From: Nostoc sp.
GTDB taxonomy: Bacteria; Cyanobacteriota; Cyanobacteriia; Cyanobacteriales; Nostocaceae
Length of the DNA stretch: 64,000 nucleotides
Direction of reading: 5' to 3'
Assembly (NCBI GenBank): GCA_036918135.1
Contig: JBALDB010000028.1
Coordinates: forward strand, 128,001-192,000
Shown: piece by piece, positions 30,646 to 41,474 of the stretch
Numbering within the stretch: position 1 is the first letter of the stretch
Layout: each line of letters begins with the position of its first letter
Position numbers and translations under genes: made by a program
Notes under the pieces: model-generated
Database searches by the model: none
Seen by the model: only the letters and a program-made list of their open reading frames with translations
Told to the model about the DNA's origin: nothing

Positions 30646-31653
30646 TCAGACATAAGTTTGCACCTCTTGGTTATAAAGTGTCAAACTTTCTAGTTTTTTT
30701 TGTAGATCTAACGAGCAGGGATTGAGTGCTAGAGTGTCTAAACTAAGTTCATCTTGAAATCGTTTGATTTTGTCACGACAGGTAGTTACATCACCAATAA
30801 TTGAGTTTTCCAGCAAATAATTTTCATCAAAAGAGCTTTTTTGCTCACCAATTGGCATCGCATGTTGACTGTGATTCTCGGAGTTTTGAACTTTATTTTT
30901 AAAAGCTTTCATTCTCTGGCTAAAAGTGCGAAGAAAAGGTAACGCTTCACTCACTGCTTCTTCATTTGTGCGAGCAACAAAAAAGAACCGTGCTAGCATC
31001 AGTCGATCTGAACCGCTGGAATTGATAACACGATATTTCATAACATTGCTTTTGAGAGTATCAAGAGAAAACTGTGTTCCTCCCATTAAGCCAAAAGAAT
31101 TGAGGGCGCTAAACTTCAGGGCGCGATCGTCGCTGGTTGCTAGATATACTGAAATCGGTTTCTGCAAAGGTTTTGGATAAATAGTCACCCCTTCGCATTG
31201 ATAATATTTACCGTTAAATGACACGTTAGTATGATATAACAGCTTATGAATTAGTGTCATTGCTTCTAGAGTTTGAGAGCGAGATTCACTCATGGAAGTA
31301 CCAAAATGCTTGTTTTGTTCCGGAAACGGCCCACCCTTAGCAATTCCAATGGAAAGTCGCCCGTTGCACAGATTATCCAGTGTAGCAATGCTTTCAGCAA
31401 TAGTGATTGGGTTGTGAAATGCCAGTAATAATGCTGCTGAACCTAATCGAATTTTGTTAGTTACGCCTGCTAAGTGTGCCATTAACATTAAAGTTGATGG
31501 GCTGACACTGAAATCATTAAAATGATGCTCTGTCACCCAAGCTTGTTCAAAATCCAAACTTTCTGCGTGTCTTACCAATGCAACTTGCTCAAACATGGTG
31601 CGACGAGCATTTTGATGATGATTTTCGTAATTACAGAAAAGTCCGGTTTTCAT
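30646..31653 (-). CDS. LLM-class (luciferase-like) flavin-dependent oxidoreductase
   Basis: AWVTEHHF, IRLGSAA, LDNLCNGRL; likely start MKTGLF. Confidence 0.88.
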   Translation of the reverse strand: MKTGLFCNYENHHQNARRTMFEQVALVRHAESLDFEQAWVTEHHFNDFSVSPSTLMLMAHLAGVTNKIRLGSAALLLAFHNPITIAESIATLDNLCNGRLSIGIAKGGPFPEQNKHFGTSMSESRSQTLEAMTLIHKLLYHTNVSFNGKYYQCEGVTIYPKPLQKPISVYLATSDDRALKFSALNSFGLMGGTQFSLDTLKSNVMKYRVINSSGSDRLMLARFFFVARTNEEAVSEALPFLRTFSQRMKAFKNKVQNSENHSQHAMPIGEQKSSFDENYLLENSIIGDVTTCRDKIKRFQDELSLDTLALNPCSLDLQKKLESLTLYNQEVQTYV

Positions 31654-31832
31654 AGCAAATGTTCTTATTTTTGTTATTGCAAGCGATTGCAATTTTAATT
31701 ACAAGCGGGTAGATATCTGTTGAATTTTAGAGATGAGAACGCATAGAAAATGTGTTGCATTAACTCAAGATTTTGAGTAACTTAAAATATTAAGTTAATG
31801 CTATATAAATGTTCAACTATTAATGCTTGGCA

Positions 31833-32039
31833 TTATACAGCAATTATTACATCTGATGCTTTGATAATTGCTTGTGCTTGTTTTCCTGGCTGAAGCTGAA
31901 GATTATCTACAGACCCATTAGTGATGATTGCAGTTATTTCTATACCTGGTGAGATTTCTAGTATGACTTCACTATTGATTGCTCCAGTGTGAACTGCCTT
32001 AATAGTTCCTTTGAATGTATTACGAGCGCTAATTTCCAT
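31833..32039 (-). CDS. mop: Molbindin (TOBE domain) molybdate-binding protein
   Basis: MEISARNTFKG...ITAIIT..S...A.IKASDV. Confidence 0.9.
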   Translation of the reverse strand: MEISARNTFKGTIKAVHTGAINSEVILEISPGIEITAIITNGSVDNLQLQPGKQAQAIIKASDVIIAV

Positions 32040-32052
32040 ATTCTGGTACTCC

Positions 32053-33078
32053 TTATTGGTTGAACGTTTGATTGGTATTTGGTCTTGTACAAAAAGGTCG
32101 GCGAAGCAACTTTTTACTGATGTCAGTTCCGTTTAACTCAAATACTATAAAGTGCAATACTTGCTCTAGGAAACGCCGTTTATCAAAAATACCTTGAATC
32201 AACACCTCTAGCTCAGTTGCACCCTTGGCAGGAAAATCTTCACCATCAATCGTCCGCCACGGTAAAAACTCTTGCAAGTCGGAGGTTAATGTACCTACTC
32301 GTGCCTGATTTTGGCAAGTAATAACTAATAATGTATTGTAGTAAAACAGCTTTGGTATCTGTTGAAAGTAAGCTTGGATTCGCTCTTTGCCTGCTTTGAA
32401 TGTGGCTTGTTCGTAACTTGGATCGATTAAGACAATAACTGCCAAGGGTAAACCATTGACAAAAACAACCACATCAGGACAATGAGCATGGCTCCCCTCA
32501 ACTACAGTCAATGGATGAATAACTAGCCAATCATTGTTTAGTAGGTTAGATGTATCGATGAGCCGTACTTTGTCACAAACTATTTCTTTGTTGAAGAGGT
32601 ACTCAACTTCAACACCATCGCTTAGAAATTTGTGAAAGCGGTAGTTGTTTTCCAGCAAGTCAGAACTCTGTGTAGAAGTGACTTGAGAGATAGCTTTGGC
32701 GATTGCTTCAGGCGGTTTTGTGGGATTAATTTTTTGTAAAGCGCTATCAAGGCGATCGTGCAAAATCACCTCTTTATAGCTGCTGCGCCCGATCCGATAC
32801 TTACCCAAAGCAATGTCCGGCTCTAATAAAACTGTGTAGCCAAGAACCTCGAACCAGGTAAGTAAAGATGGTGCAATGACAACTCTTAAAGACGCTTCTC
32901 TACTAGAGGCTGACGCTCGTTCGTGTACCGCTTCGCTAATGCCAACGCCTAACTTGTTTAAGAGTAGGGGTACGCCCGTCGCAGGCATCACAGATTTTGT
33001 CAAATCAAAACGGCGGCGAAGTTTTCTTCTAACACGACTCGCCTTCACAATTATTTGCCTTAACTGTACTGGATTCAT
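32053..33078 (-). CDS. Stand-alone HsdR N-terminal (type I restriction endonuclease-like) domain, probably inactive
   Basis: NYRFHKFL.DGV, PDVVVFVNGLPLAV, FLPWRTIDG, GIFDKRRFL; E-x-K replaced by V-L-I; no helicase domain. Confidence 0.75.
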   Translation of the reverse strand: MNPVQLRQIIVKASRVRRKLRRRFDLTKSVMPATGVPLLLNKLGVGISEAVHERASASSREASLRVVIAPSLLTWFEVLGYTVLLEPDIALGKYRIGRSSYKEVILHDRLDSALQKINPTKPPEAIAKAISQVTSTQSSDLLENNYRFHKFLSDGVEVEYLFNKEIVCDKVRLIDTSNLLNNDWLVIHPLTVVEGSHAHCPDVVVFVNGLPLAVIVLIDPSYEQATFKAGKERIQAYFQQIPKLFYYNTLLVITCQNQARVGTLTSDLQEFLPWRTIDGEDFPAKGATELEVLIQGIFDKRRFLEQVLHFIVFELNGTDISKKLLRRPFCTRPNTNQTFNQ

Positions 33079-33251
33079 CAGAATGAAAGACTTAATTTTG
33101 AGTCAATGCAGAAGCTTGCGCCTAACTTACTGGCATTGGTTGGTATATTCACAAGAGAGTATACGGCTTGATACTAATTATCAAAGCTAAAATTGTTCTA
33201 GAGGATTGTATCTACTGCTACATATTACCAATATTTTTGGTAAAAATATTT

Positions 33252-33494
33252 TTATTTCTGACTAATTGAGGACTCAGTGAAGGGAGTGTTAATTCTAAGC
33301 TTTGGGTGTTTACTGAGCAGTAAAACTATTGCAATCAGTAGTTTGATGAGTAAAGGTGCAAAAATTAGACTTAAACCCAAGAAAAATAAAATAATCAATA
33401 TGCTTATTAGCCGATCTATCCGATCGAGAATATTCGCGTTGATGCGAAAAAAAACTAAAGCGATTGCCAAAGCAATTAATGACAATACAAACAT
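33252..33494 (-). CDS. Small membrane protein
   Basis: 80-aa ORF with 2-3 hydrophobic helices, same strand as the cluster. Confidence 0.5.
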   Translation of the reverse strand: MFVLSLIALAIALVFFRINANILDRIDRLISILIILFFLGLSLIFAPLLIKLLIAIVLLLSKHPKLRINTPFTESSISQK

Positions 33495-33605
33495 AACAGC
33501 TATTATTTGTAATTACTGGTGGCTGAGCTTGGTCGTAGAGACAGCAAGTGTCTTTCAAGGCACTATTACTGAAAACTGGGATGAATACTCACAAGTTAGC
33601 TCTAT

Positions 33606-34916
33606 TTAATGCTTAACTATTGCCTCCTGTTCTAAAAACAAGTTGCCAATCTCAAACAAAACCTGCATTGTACCTCGGTAGCCAACTTTGGTAGATTGAT
33701 TGCAATCTAAACGGTCAAAAATGGGAATTCCCTGACGGTAGAGAGGAATTTTTAAGCGTTGGGCGATCGCAACTGCGTGAGAATTGCCAATCAGCAAATC
33801 AGAACCAACTGCCAGTTGCTCAAAGTCTTCTAAATCACCAATGGTAACACTAGGAATCGGCAGTTTTTCTAGAACAGGAGAGCGGGTTGTCGTGACTGCG
33901 GCATGAATCTGAACTCCTAGTGATTGCAGAAAATAAACTGTTGACCATAGTAAATCTGGTTCCAGCGCTAAAGCAACTCGCTTGCAACCAAAGTAAAAGT
34001 GATTCTCTAACATCACATGTTGCAACTGACGCCGCTGATAGCGGTATTTCTCCGGTACGCTAACACCACTGATATCTGCCAACGCTTGCAGAAATTTATC
34101 TACTGCTGTTAGTCCCGTTAATTCGCCAAACACCTCGTAAGGTATATTAAATCTCTTTTCTAAAATTTGCGCCCCAGCCCGCATACTTTCACCTAACGCC
34201 AAAGTAAACGCAGAACTATCGATTGAACGCAACTGTGACAAAGTAGTGCCATTGGCTGCGATGACACCAGAGGAATCTTGTATCTGACTATCTAGAACAC
34301 CGGAAAGGTCAGGGATAACAATCGGTATCAGTCCAAACGAAGTGACAATCTCTTTAATTTCCTGTATATCTCCGGGAGTAAAAGCAGAACTCGCCAAAAT
34401 TGTGATTTGTGTGGGACAAGCCTTTTGCTTTGAGGATTCTTGAGGAATTTCCTTAACTATACTTTCGACTGCGGCAGCAAAACCATCCTGTAATGTACCT
34501 TTAAAATCTGGTGTAGAGACAAGAGCAATAGGTAGATAATCCAGTTCTGGGTGACGGTGGCGAATCTGTTTGATAAAACGTTCCATGTCATCGCCTCTGG
34601 TTTCCACAAGTCCACTGGTACAAAGACCGATAATTTCCGGTTTCGATTTCTGTACCAAAGTCAGAATTGCTTGTTCAACTCTCTCCTCACCACCCAAAAT
34701 CGTTGCAACTTCCGTCATTGCTGTAGTCGAAAGCGGAATCGTCTGATGAAAATGCTGTACTAATACCCTTTTAGCCAAAGCTGTACAACCTTGAGAACCG
34801 TGTAATAAAGGCATCATTCCCTTCAAGCCCAAAAAGGCTAAAGTTGCACCCACAGCTTGGCTTTGTTTGAGAGGGTTAACTGCAACTGATGTACTTGTAA
34901 CGCTAACAATCGCCAT
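33606..34916 (-). CDS. nifN: NifN-like nitrogenase cofactor scaffold subunit
   Basis: VNPLKQSQ, LHGSQGCT, TTAMTE, TPDFKG, GIPIFDRL; ATG at 34916 overlaps the nifE stop (TAATG). Confidence 0.88.
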   Translation of the reverse strand: MAIVSVTSTSVAVNPLKQSQAVGATLAFLGLKGMMPLLHGSQGCTALAKRVLVQHFHQTIPLSTTAMTEVATILGGEERVEQAILTLVQKSKPEIIGLCTSGLVETRGDDMERFIKQIRHRHPELDYLPIALVSTPDFKGTLQDGFAAAVESIVKEIPQESSKQKACPTQITILASSAFTPGDIQEIKEIVTSFGLIPIVIPDLSGVLDSQIQDSSGVIAANGTTLSQLRSIDSSAFTLALGESMRAGAQILEKRFNIPYEVFGELTGLTAVDKFLQALADISGVSVPEKYRYQRRQLQHVMLENHFYFGCKRVALALEPDLLWSTVYFLQSLGVQIHAAVTTTRSPVLEKLPIPSVTIGDLEDFEQLAVGSDLLIGNSHAVAIAQRLKIPLYRQGIPIFDRLDCNQSTKVGYRGTMQVLFEIGNLFLEQEAIVKH

Positions 34917-36334
34917 TAGATTTCCTCCAATGAAGTAGGGGATGCTCCCGTAATTTCTTGGGCTGTTTTTCCTACATCCCACGGAACTGGTCGGCATACT
35001 TGTTCCCACACAGGACTGTAAAAAGTGGCATACAATTCTCGTGCCATTTCTAATATTCCTCTATAGCCTGCATAGGCATGATTGCGTTCGACATTGATGT
35101 CTAAGAAAGGAATTCTGGCTATTAGGGCAGTATCTAAATAACGAGCATCACTAATTAAAATATTAGCTTTATTATTATTAATTAGTTGTAATATAGCTTC
35201 AGGGCTTTCTGATTCTAAAATTATACCATCTTGACCCAACAAATTTTTGATTCTAACTAATTCATCTTCAGTATTATTCTGGGTGCAGATAGCAATAATT
35301 TCCATACCTAATTTTTGAGCAGCAAAGATAATCAACCAACTCTTGAAATTTTTAATCGAAAGGATTAGACGTTTACCTTGCAATCGAATGCGATAAGGGG
35401 TGAGTTTTGCTTCTAAATCACTAGTTTCTTCTGTAATCAGGTTTTCAGTACGTTCTATTAAATCAGGATGACCTAATTTCGCTGCAATATTTTTTAAACA
35501 CTGATTAATTTGTTCTACCCCGTAAATAGATTCTTCAATATAAGCGATACCATAGAGTTTCTCCATCTTTTTTGCTATGTTGATCAAAGCTTTTGAGGAG
35601 AGTATGACGTTTAGTTTGGCACGATGAGCAGAGCAAACTTCTTGATACAAAGCATCGCCTGTAATTTTTGCTAAAACTCGGATACCTAATTTCTCCAATA
35701 ACGGTAGAACATTCCAGATTGCACCTGCAATATTATATTCACCAATCAAGTTAATATCTAATGGTGTAGTAATATCTGGCTCGGCAGTTCCAATAACGTG
35801 TTCTAGCAACGCTTCACCAGCAACGCGGTTACCGAGATTTTGGCTACCAATAAACCCAGGACAATGTACGGGAATAGTGGGTATTCCTGTTTTTTCAGTA
35901 GCATCTTTACATATTCCTTCGATGTCATCACCAATTAAAGCAGTGATACAGGTAGAGTAGACAAATATCGCAGCCGGTTTGTAGCGTCTTTGTAATTCTA
36001 AAATACCTTTGTATAGCTTTTTCGCTCCACCAAAGATAATATCACTCTCATCTGTGTCAGTGGTAAAGCGTGTTTTATACAGCATTGAACCAGAAGAGAG
36101 ACTAGTGTAGTTTCCCCAAATACTAGCAGCACAACCACTCGGCCCGTGGACTATATGAGCAGCATCAGTGATTGGTACTAAAGTAATCATTGCACTATCA
36201 AAAGCGCAACTTCCTTGAGCAGTTCCTGGCTGGGGTAATTGTGTAGAAGGCTTTTTTTTCTTCTGCTTTTGCTGCTGGTTTTCGTCGTTTGATTCACTGA
36301 ATGAATCATTGATTTTTCTAGGTTGAGGATTCAT
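34916..36334 (-). CDS. nifE: Divergent NifE-like scaffold subunit
   Basis: GSCAFD, VHGPSGC, VYSTC..LIGDD, GEYNIAG, YAGYRG, SPVWEQV. Confidence 0.88.
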   Translation of the reverse strand: MNPQPRKINDSFSESNDENQQQKQKKKKPSTQLPQPGTAQGSCAFDSAMITLVPITDAAHIVHGPSGCAASIWGNYTSLSSGSMLYKTRFTTDTDESDIIFGGAKKLYKGILELQRRYKPAAIFVYSTCITALIGDDIEGICKDATEKTGIPTIPVHCPGFIGSQNLGNRVAGEALLEHVIGTAEPDITTPLDINLIGEYNIAGAIWNVLPLLEKLGIRVLAKITGDALYQEVCSAHRAKLNVILSSKALINIAKKMEKLYGIAYIEESIYGVEQINQCLKNIAAKLGHPDLIERTENLITEETSDLEAKLTPYRIRLQGKRLILSIKNFKSWLIIFAAQKLGMEIIAICTQNNTEDELVRIKNLLGQDGIILESESPEAILQLINNNKANILISDARYLDTALIARIPFLDINVERNHAYAGYRGILEMARELYATFYSPVWEQVCRPVPWDVGKTAQEITGASPTSLEEI

Positions 36335-36748
36335 TTTTTTAGTGAAAAGAGATAGAAGTTATGAAGTGGTAGCGGAATTTACAAAATTGAGAAATAATTT
36401 TAGTTGCTTGGCGGTCTGCTTCTAGCATGGAATAAAAGGGAATGAGAAAGAGAATTCCTCATTCCCTAATGACCAACCAATTGATACAAGGAGTAAACAA
36501 AAACCACAAGAGCGGTTTTATTGCGTAGATATTAACAGATTAATTGCTCTAAGGAGAACTTGAAAAATTCACAAGTCACAATTAAGATTGATTAATCTGT
36601 TATTTGCACAGAGAATTTATATTGATTTATCTATAGAACCTCCATATCGTTTTAATGGTGAGAGAAAGTGGGGTAATTCCCCACTTAATTTCTTCCGTTC
36701 CTTAGTGAGTTCTGCTATTTGTTAAGCGAGAACGAAAGTCTTATATTT

Positions 36749-37849
<1,101 letters not shown>

Positions 37850-37994
37850 TCATTTAGTATTGAATACATATGATTAGCGATCGCATTTCTGATTGTCATT
37901 TGTCTTGATTAATCACAAAACTGGATCGAATGTACGGTTTGAGGTGATGCGTCACCGTACCTTGTTACTCCGAAGAGATTTTAATCACAAATGA

Positions 37995-38091
37995 TTAGAG
38001 AACTCTAAGAAATAAATTATTCCCTTTGAAGTTGATGACTGATGACTGTTGACTGTGAATAGTGGGATATTTTTTATTTAGAAGTCCCTTA
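37995..38091. mobile_element. MITE-like element, family with AGGGA(A)CT..AAATAAATTAT termini
   Basis: Imperfect inverted termini with internal TGACTGA heptamers; related copies at 39619, 42432, 46761, 58274 and a partial one at 9065. Confidence 0.65.
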
Positions 38092-38238
38092 ACCGGACAT
38101 GATATCAGATAATTTCTGGGGAAATAGAGGCAATTTCCTATTCAAAATCTAAAATTGTACAAGAGCGATCGCAACAGGAATTGAAATTTACGCAGAGTTT
38201 TCCTGAAACCACACAACCAACCATAATTGCAATCTACT

Positions 38239-39372
38239 CTAGACGGTCGCTACAATTTCGCCAATTTTGCTAATATCGTAGCCGCCGAGAATTTCAAATT
38301 GTGAGTGAACCATCCGATGTCCCAAAGTACTGAGTAACTGCTGCACTGGCGCTTCTTCCAGATATTCCTTAAGAATCACTAAGTCATATCGTGATTGATG
38401 TAAAGGGATAAATCCCAGTCCAAAGGCGGTAGCTACAGATGCGGTACTCATGCCTGCATCCGCAACTCCTAATGCTACTGCATGGGCAACATCTTGGTGA
38501 CTTTGAACAACATGGTCAAAACCTTCGACAGCATGAAACGGTATCTGTTGCTGTTCGAGTTTTTGTTCCAGAAGTAAACGAGTACCAGCACCTACTTCAC
38601 GGTTAACAATACTAACTCCCCGTTCCACTAAATCAGTAACTGTTGTGATTCCCATCGGGTTGCCAGACTTGACTAAAAGTCCCTCTTCCCAAACACCGAG
38701 GGTAATCAAAACTGCTTCCCTTCCAGCCAAAACATCTCGAACAAAAGGTGTATTATACTCACCAGTTTCAGGATCGTACAGGTGCATCCCAGCGATGTGT
38801 GCTTCACCTCGGCATAGACTGTGCAATGCAGACATGCTGTTGGCAAAGTTAAATTGAACTCGCAGTTGGGGATGCCAGCGTTCGGTGGCTCTAGCCCATA
38901 GCGAAATCACAGGCGCACAACCGGCAATCACAACAGTGTTGTGCAGTGTTTCCAGATTATCATCTAAAAGACGGACTCGAACTTTATCTGTACCTATTTG
39001 AGTTTTACCCTCTCCATCAGCAGGAATCATATCTTGGCGAAAAGCATCGTTGCCAATTAAAGGATAAGCTACCCATTGTCCTCCCAGGCGAGCCAGACTG
39101 ACTCGCGTCTGCTGAGCGGCAGGAACAGGTTTGGCAAGTACTGCTTCGATTTCAGGTAAATCTCGCTCTAACCAGAATAGATCCTCTACTTGACAGCCAA
39201 GTGCCTTTGCTAGGCGAAGTGTGATGGCCACTGAAGGAGCGTATAGTCCCGACTCTACACCACTTATAGTTTGACGGGTAACACCAGCTAGGTTTGCCAA
39301 ATCTTGTTGACTCATGCCTAAGCGGGTTCTAATTGACTTCAAGTTGTTACGGAGATCGTTATCCTGCTTCAT
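38239..39372 (-). CDS. XRE-HTH plus periplasmic-binding-like molybdate-sensing regulator (VnfR-like)
   Basis: N-terminal SQQDLANLAGVTRQTISGVE HTH; C-terminal PBP domain (AHIAGMHL, VNREVGAGTR, HQDVA, RYDLVI). Confidence 0.85.
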   Translation of the reverse strand: MKQDNDLRNNLKSIRTRLGMSQQDLANLAGVTRQTISGVESGLYAPSVAITLRLAKALGCQVEDLFWLERDLPEIEAVLAKPVPAAQQTRVSLARLGGQWVAYPLIGNDAFRQDMIPADGEGKTQIGTDKVRVRLLDDNLETLHNTVVIAGCAPVISLWARATERWHPQLRVQFNFANSMSALHSLCRGEAHIAGMHLYDPETGEYNTPFVRDVLAGREAVLITLGVWEEGLLVKSGNPMGITTVTDLVERGVSIVNREVGAGTRLLLEQKLEQQQIPFHAVEGFDHVVQSHQDVAHAVALGVADAGMSTASVATAFGLGFIPLHQSRYDLVILKEYLEEAPVQQLLSTLGHRMVHSQFEILGGYDISKIGEIVATV

Positions 39373-39528
39373 TGGCTTGAGCTTCTCTGAATTTCAAAAA
39401 GCCGTAGCGGATTTAACTAAATCTGCCAAGGCGAAAGCACGGTCTTTGAGTTTATATTATTCCTCTTCGACGACATAACTGTGCTTTCGCTGTTTTGATT
39501 CCCTATATTCAAAGAATATCACACATTT

Positions 39529-39563
39529 TGCAAAATTTCTTGCAAGGTGCAATTTTTTTTGCT
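39529..39563. promoter_or_regulatory. Tandem TGCAA-N6-TTGC dyads, candidate operator of the regulator
   Basis: TGCAAaatttcTTGCA then TGCAAttttttTTGCT about 160 nt upstream of the regulator start. Confidence 0.45.
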
Positions 39564-39618
39564 TAAGACTGTTTTCTGGCTGTTGATATATGACTCAAAA
39601 CTCCCTAACCGTCACGAG

Positions 39619-39738
39619 TAAGGGACTTTCAATAAAAAAATATCCCATCATTTTGAGGGCAGGGAGCAGGGGGCAGGGGGAGGGAAAGTTGTTTTGGAAG
39701 AGTGAAATTGAATAATTTATTTTTATGGAGTTTCCTAA
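39619..39738. mobile_element. MITE-like element, same termini family, GGGGCAG-type interior
   Basis: taagggactttcaataaaaaaatatccc...aataatttatttttatggagtttcctaa. Confidence 0.65.
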
Positions 39739-40198
39739 AGCAATATGCTTAAGTTTAGGAAGAATTTATCTTGTTGAGGCGGGAGGGAGAGAAAAATGCT
39801 TATCTTAACCCTACGCCAACAAAAGACTTATTTCATATTTGGAGTTCTACCAACTTTTATGGTAAAAGGTAGCACTGAATACAGTTTTAGAAATTGGTTT
39901 AGGATTTGATGCTTGATAGATGAGTTATAGGAAAGTGCTAAGTGCCCAGTGCCGAGTGCTGAGTATAAACACAGTTGCTTCATTGCCTTGAGCAGTTAAC
40001 ACTGTCCTAATCTATGTGAGCTATATATGAGCCGTAAGAAATATACGACTAAGCAATTTCACTTTTTGAGGTAAATTTTGCCTCAATAAAAATTACGGTT
40101 TTCACTTAAATAAATATGCAGATATCTATTGCACAATAGGCTATTTATCAAAACGTGCAATAAATAAGAGGCAATTTATAGTTGTTTGCGCTACAGAA

Positions 40199-40576
40199 AT
40201 GGAGAGAATAATGATTACTGAGGAAGACTTAGCCCAACAATTTGGCGTAATTATTGAACACACTCACCCACGGGTATGGGCATTGCTACGTCAGTGTTAT
40301 GTAAAGGTAATTAATCCTAAACCTTACTTAATAAGAGCAAATATCAAAACGTGTATCTGTCATACAAGATACATTGGTATTTACTGTCCTGATAGACTAA
40401 TGAATGCGGTAGTAGCAGAGAAAAACCTACTTCGAGAAGTAGCTGAATACGTGGGTCTAGTTGAGGTTGTTTGTTTGAATGCCAACAATTTGATGCGCGA
40501 TCCCCTATCAAATTTGAAAGAAACTTATCCGCGTTTGTGGTTAGATTTACTTTGGCTTGTCACTCAAGAAGAATAA
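40199..40576 (+). CDS. Hypothetical protein
   Basis: 125-aa ORF with protein-like composition. Confidence 0.65.
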   Translation: MERIMITEEDLAQQFGVIIEHTHPRVWALLRQCYVKVINPKPYLIRANIKTCICHTRYIGIYCPDRLMNAVVAEKNLLREVAEYVGLVEVVCLNANNLMRDPLSNLKETYPRLWLDLLWLVTQEE

Positions 40577-40771
40577 CACTAACTATACTAATCCCCTTTG
40601 ATTTTTAAACTTATTTGCTCCCGTCAATAAGTAGGGAGTAAGGAATCAGCCTTTTTCAATTGAAGGCGGGTGAGTCACGCAATCAAATAGAAGTCCTAAT
40701 ATTAAGACCGAATTTTTTTGCACAAATATTGCAAAAAATCGCTGTTGTATTTTGCCGCAGACTAAAATCCT

Positions 40772-41146
40772 ATGAATAAATCTTGTCTACCTCCAGATGA
40801 TTTGCCTTCAGTCCAAACAATAAGAGTCAGTGAAATACTATTCAGGCAACTTGAAGAAGCAACTAAAAAAAGCTTTTTCTTGGCTTGCGACAACATGACA
40901 CGTGTTTTGTTATGTCATTGCCATTGGTATTTCCAAATAAATAGTGGCATTCTGACATTAATTATGATTTGCCATGATATGGAAAGTTATCGCAACATCA
41001 TGAAAACTGTTCCCCATTTTACTGAGAAATTAAAACAATTTACTAACAGAGCTAAAATTACTGTTAGTTCTCCAATTGACAAAGGTATACCGTGGGTATT
41101 GAGTATAGATAACATTTTACCTGAAGGAGACTTGCCTAGTATCTGA
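40772..41146 (+). CDS. Hypothetical protein
   Basis: 124-aa ORF with protein-like composition. Confidence 0.7.
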   Translation: MNKSCLPPDDLPSVQTIRVSEILFRQLEEATKKSFFLACDNMTRVLLCHCHWYFQINSGILTLIMICHDMESYRNIMKTVPHFTEKLKQFTNRAKITVSSPIDKGIPWVLSIDNILPEGDLPSI

Positions 41147-41285
41147 TAGATTAACCTTTTGGCGATCGCCCATAACTTAGCAATGTGGTTTTTACACCCA
41201 ATTTGTCTCTAAAGGTATCCAAAAACGTCCAAAATTGACCTTCAAACTAGAACATTTGTCCTCTATTTTTGAGGTATGAGAAAGC

Positions 41286-41324
41286 AAAAAACTCTTGAAA
41301 TCCAAAGATTTCAAGAGTTTTTTT
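41286..41324 (-). terminator. Intrinsic terminator after tRNA-Phe
   Basis: aaaaaactcttgaaatc-caaa-gatttcaagagtttttt. Confidence 0.8.
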
Positions 41325-41327
41325 AAA

Positions 41328-41400
<73 letters not shown>

Positions 41401-41474
41401 GGAGGCTTTTTGAGCCACGATTACTTAAGATAGCAAAGGTAAAAGGATTTTGCAAGAGTTTACACAAAAATTAT

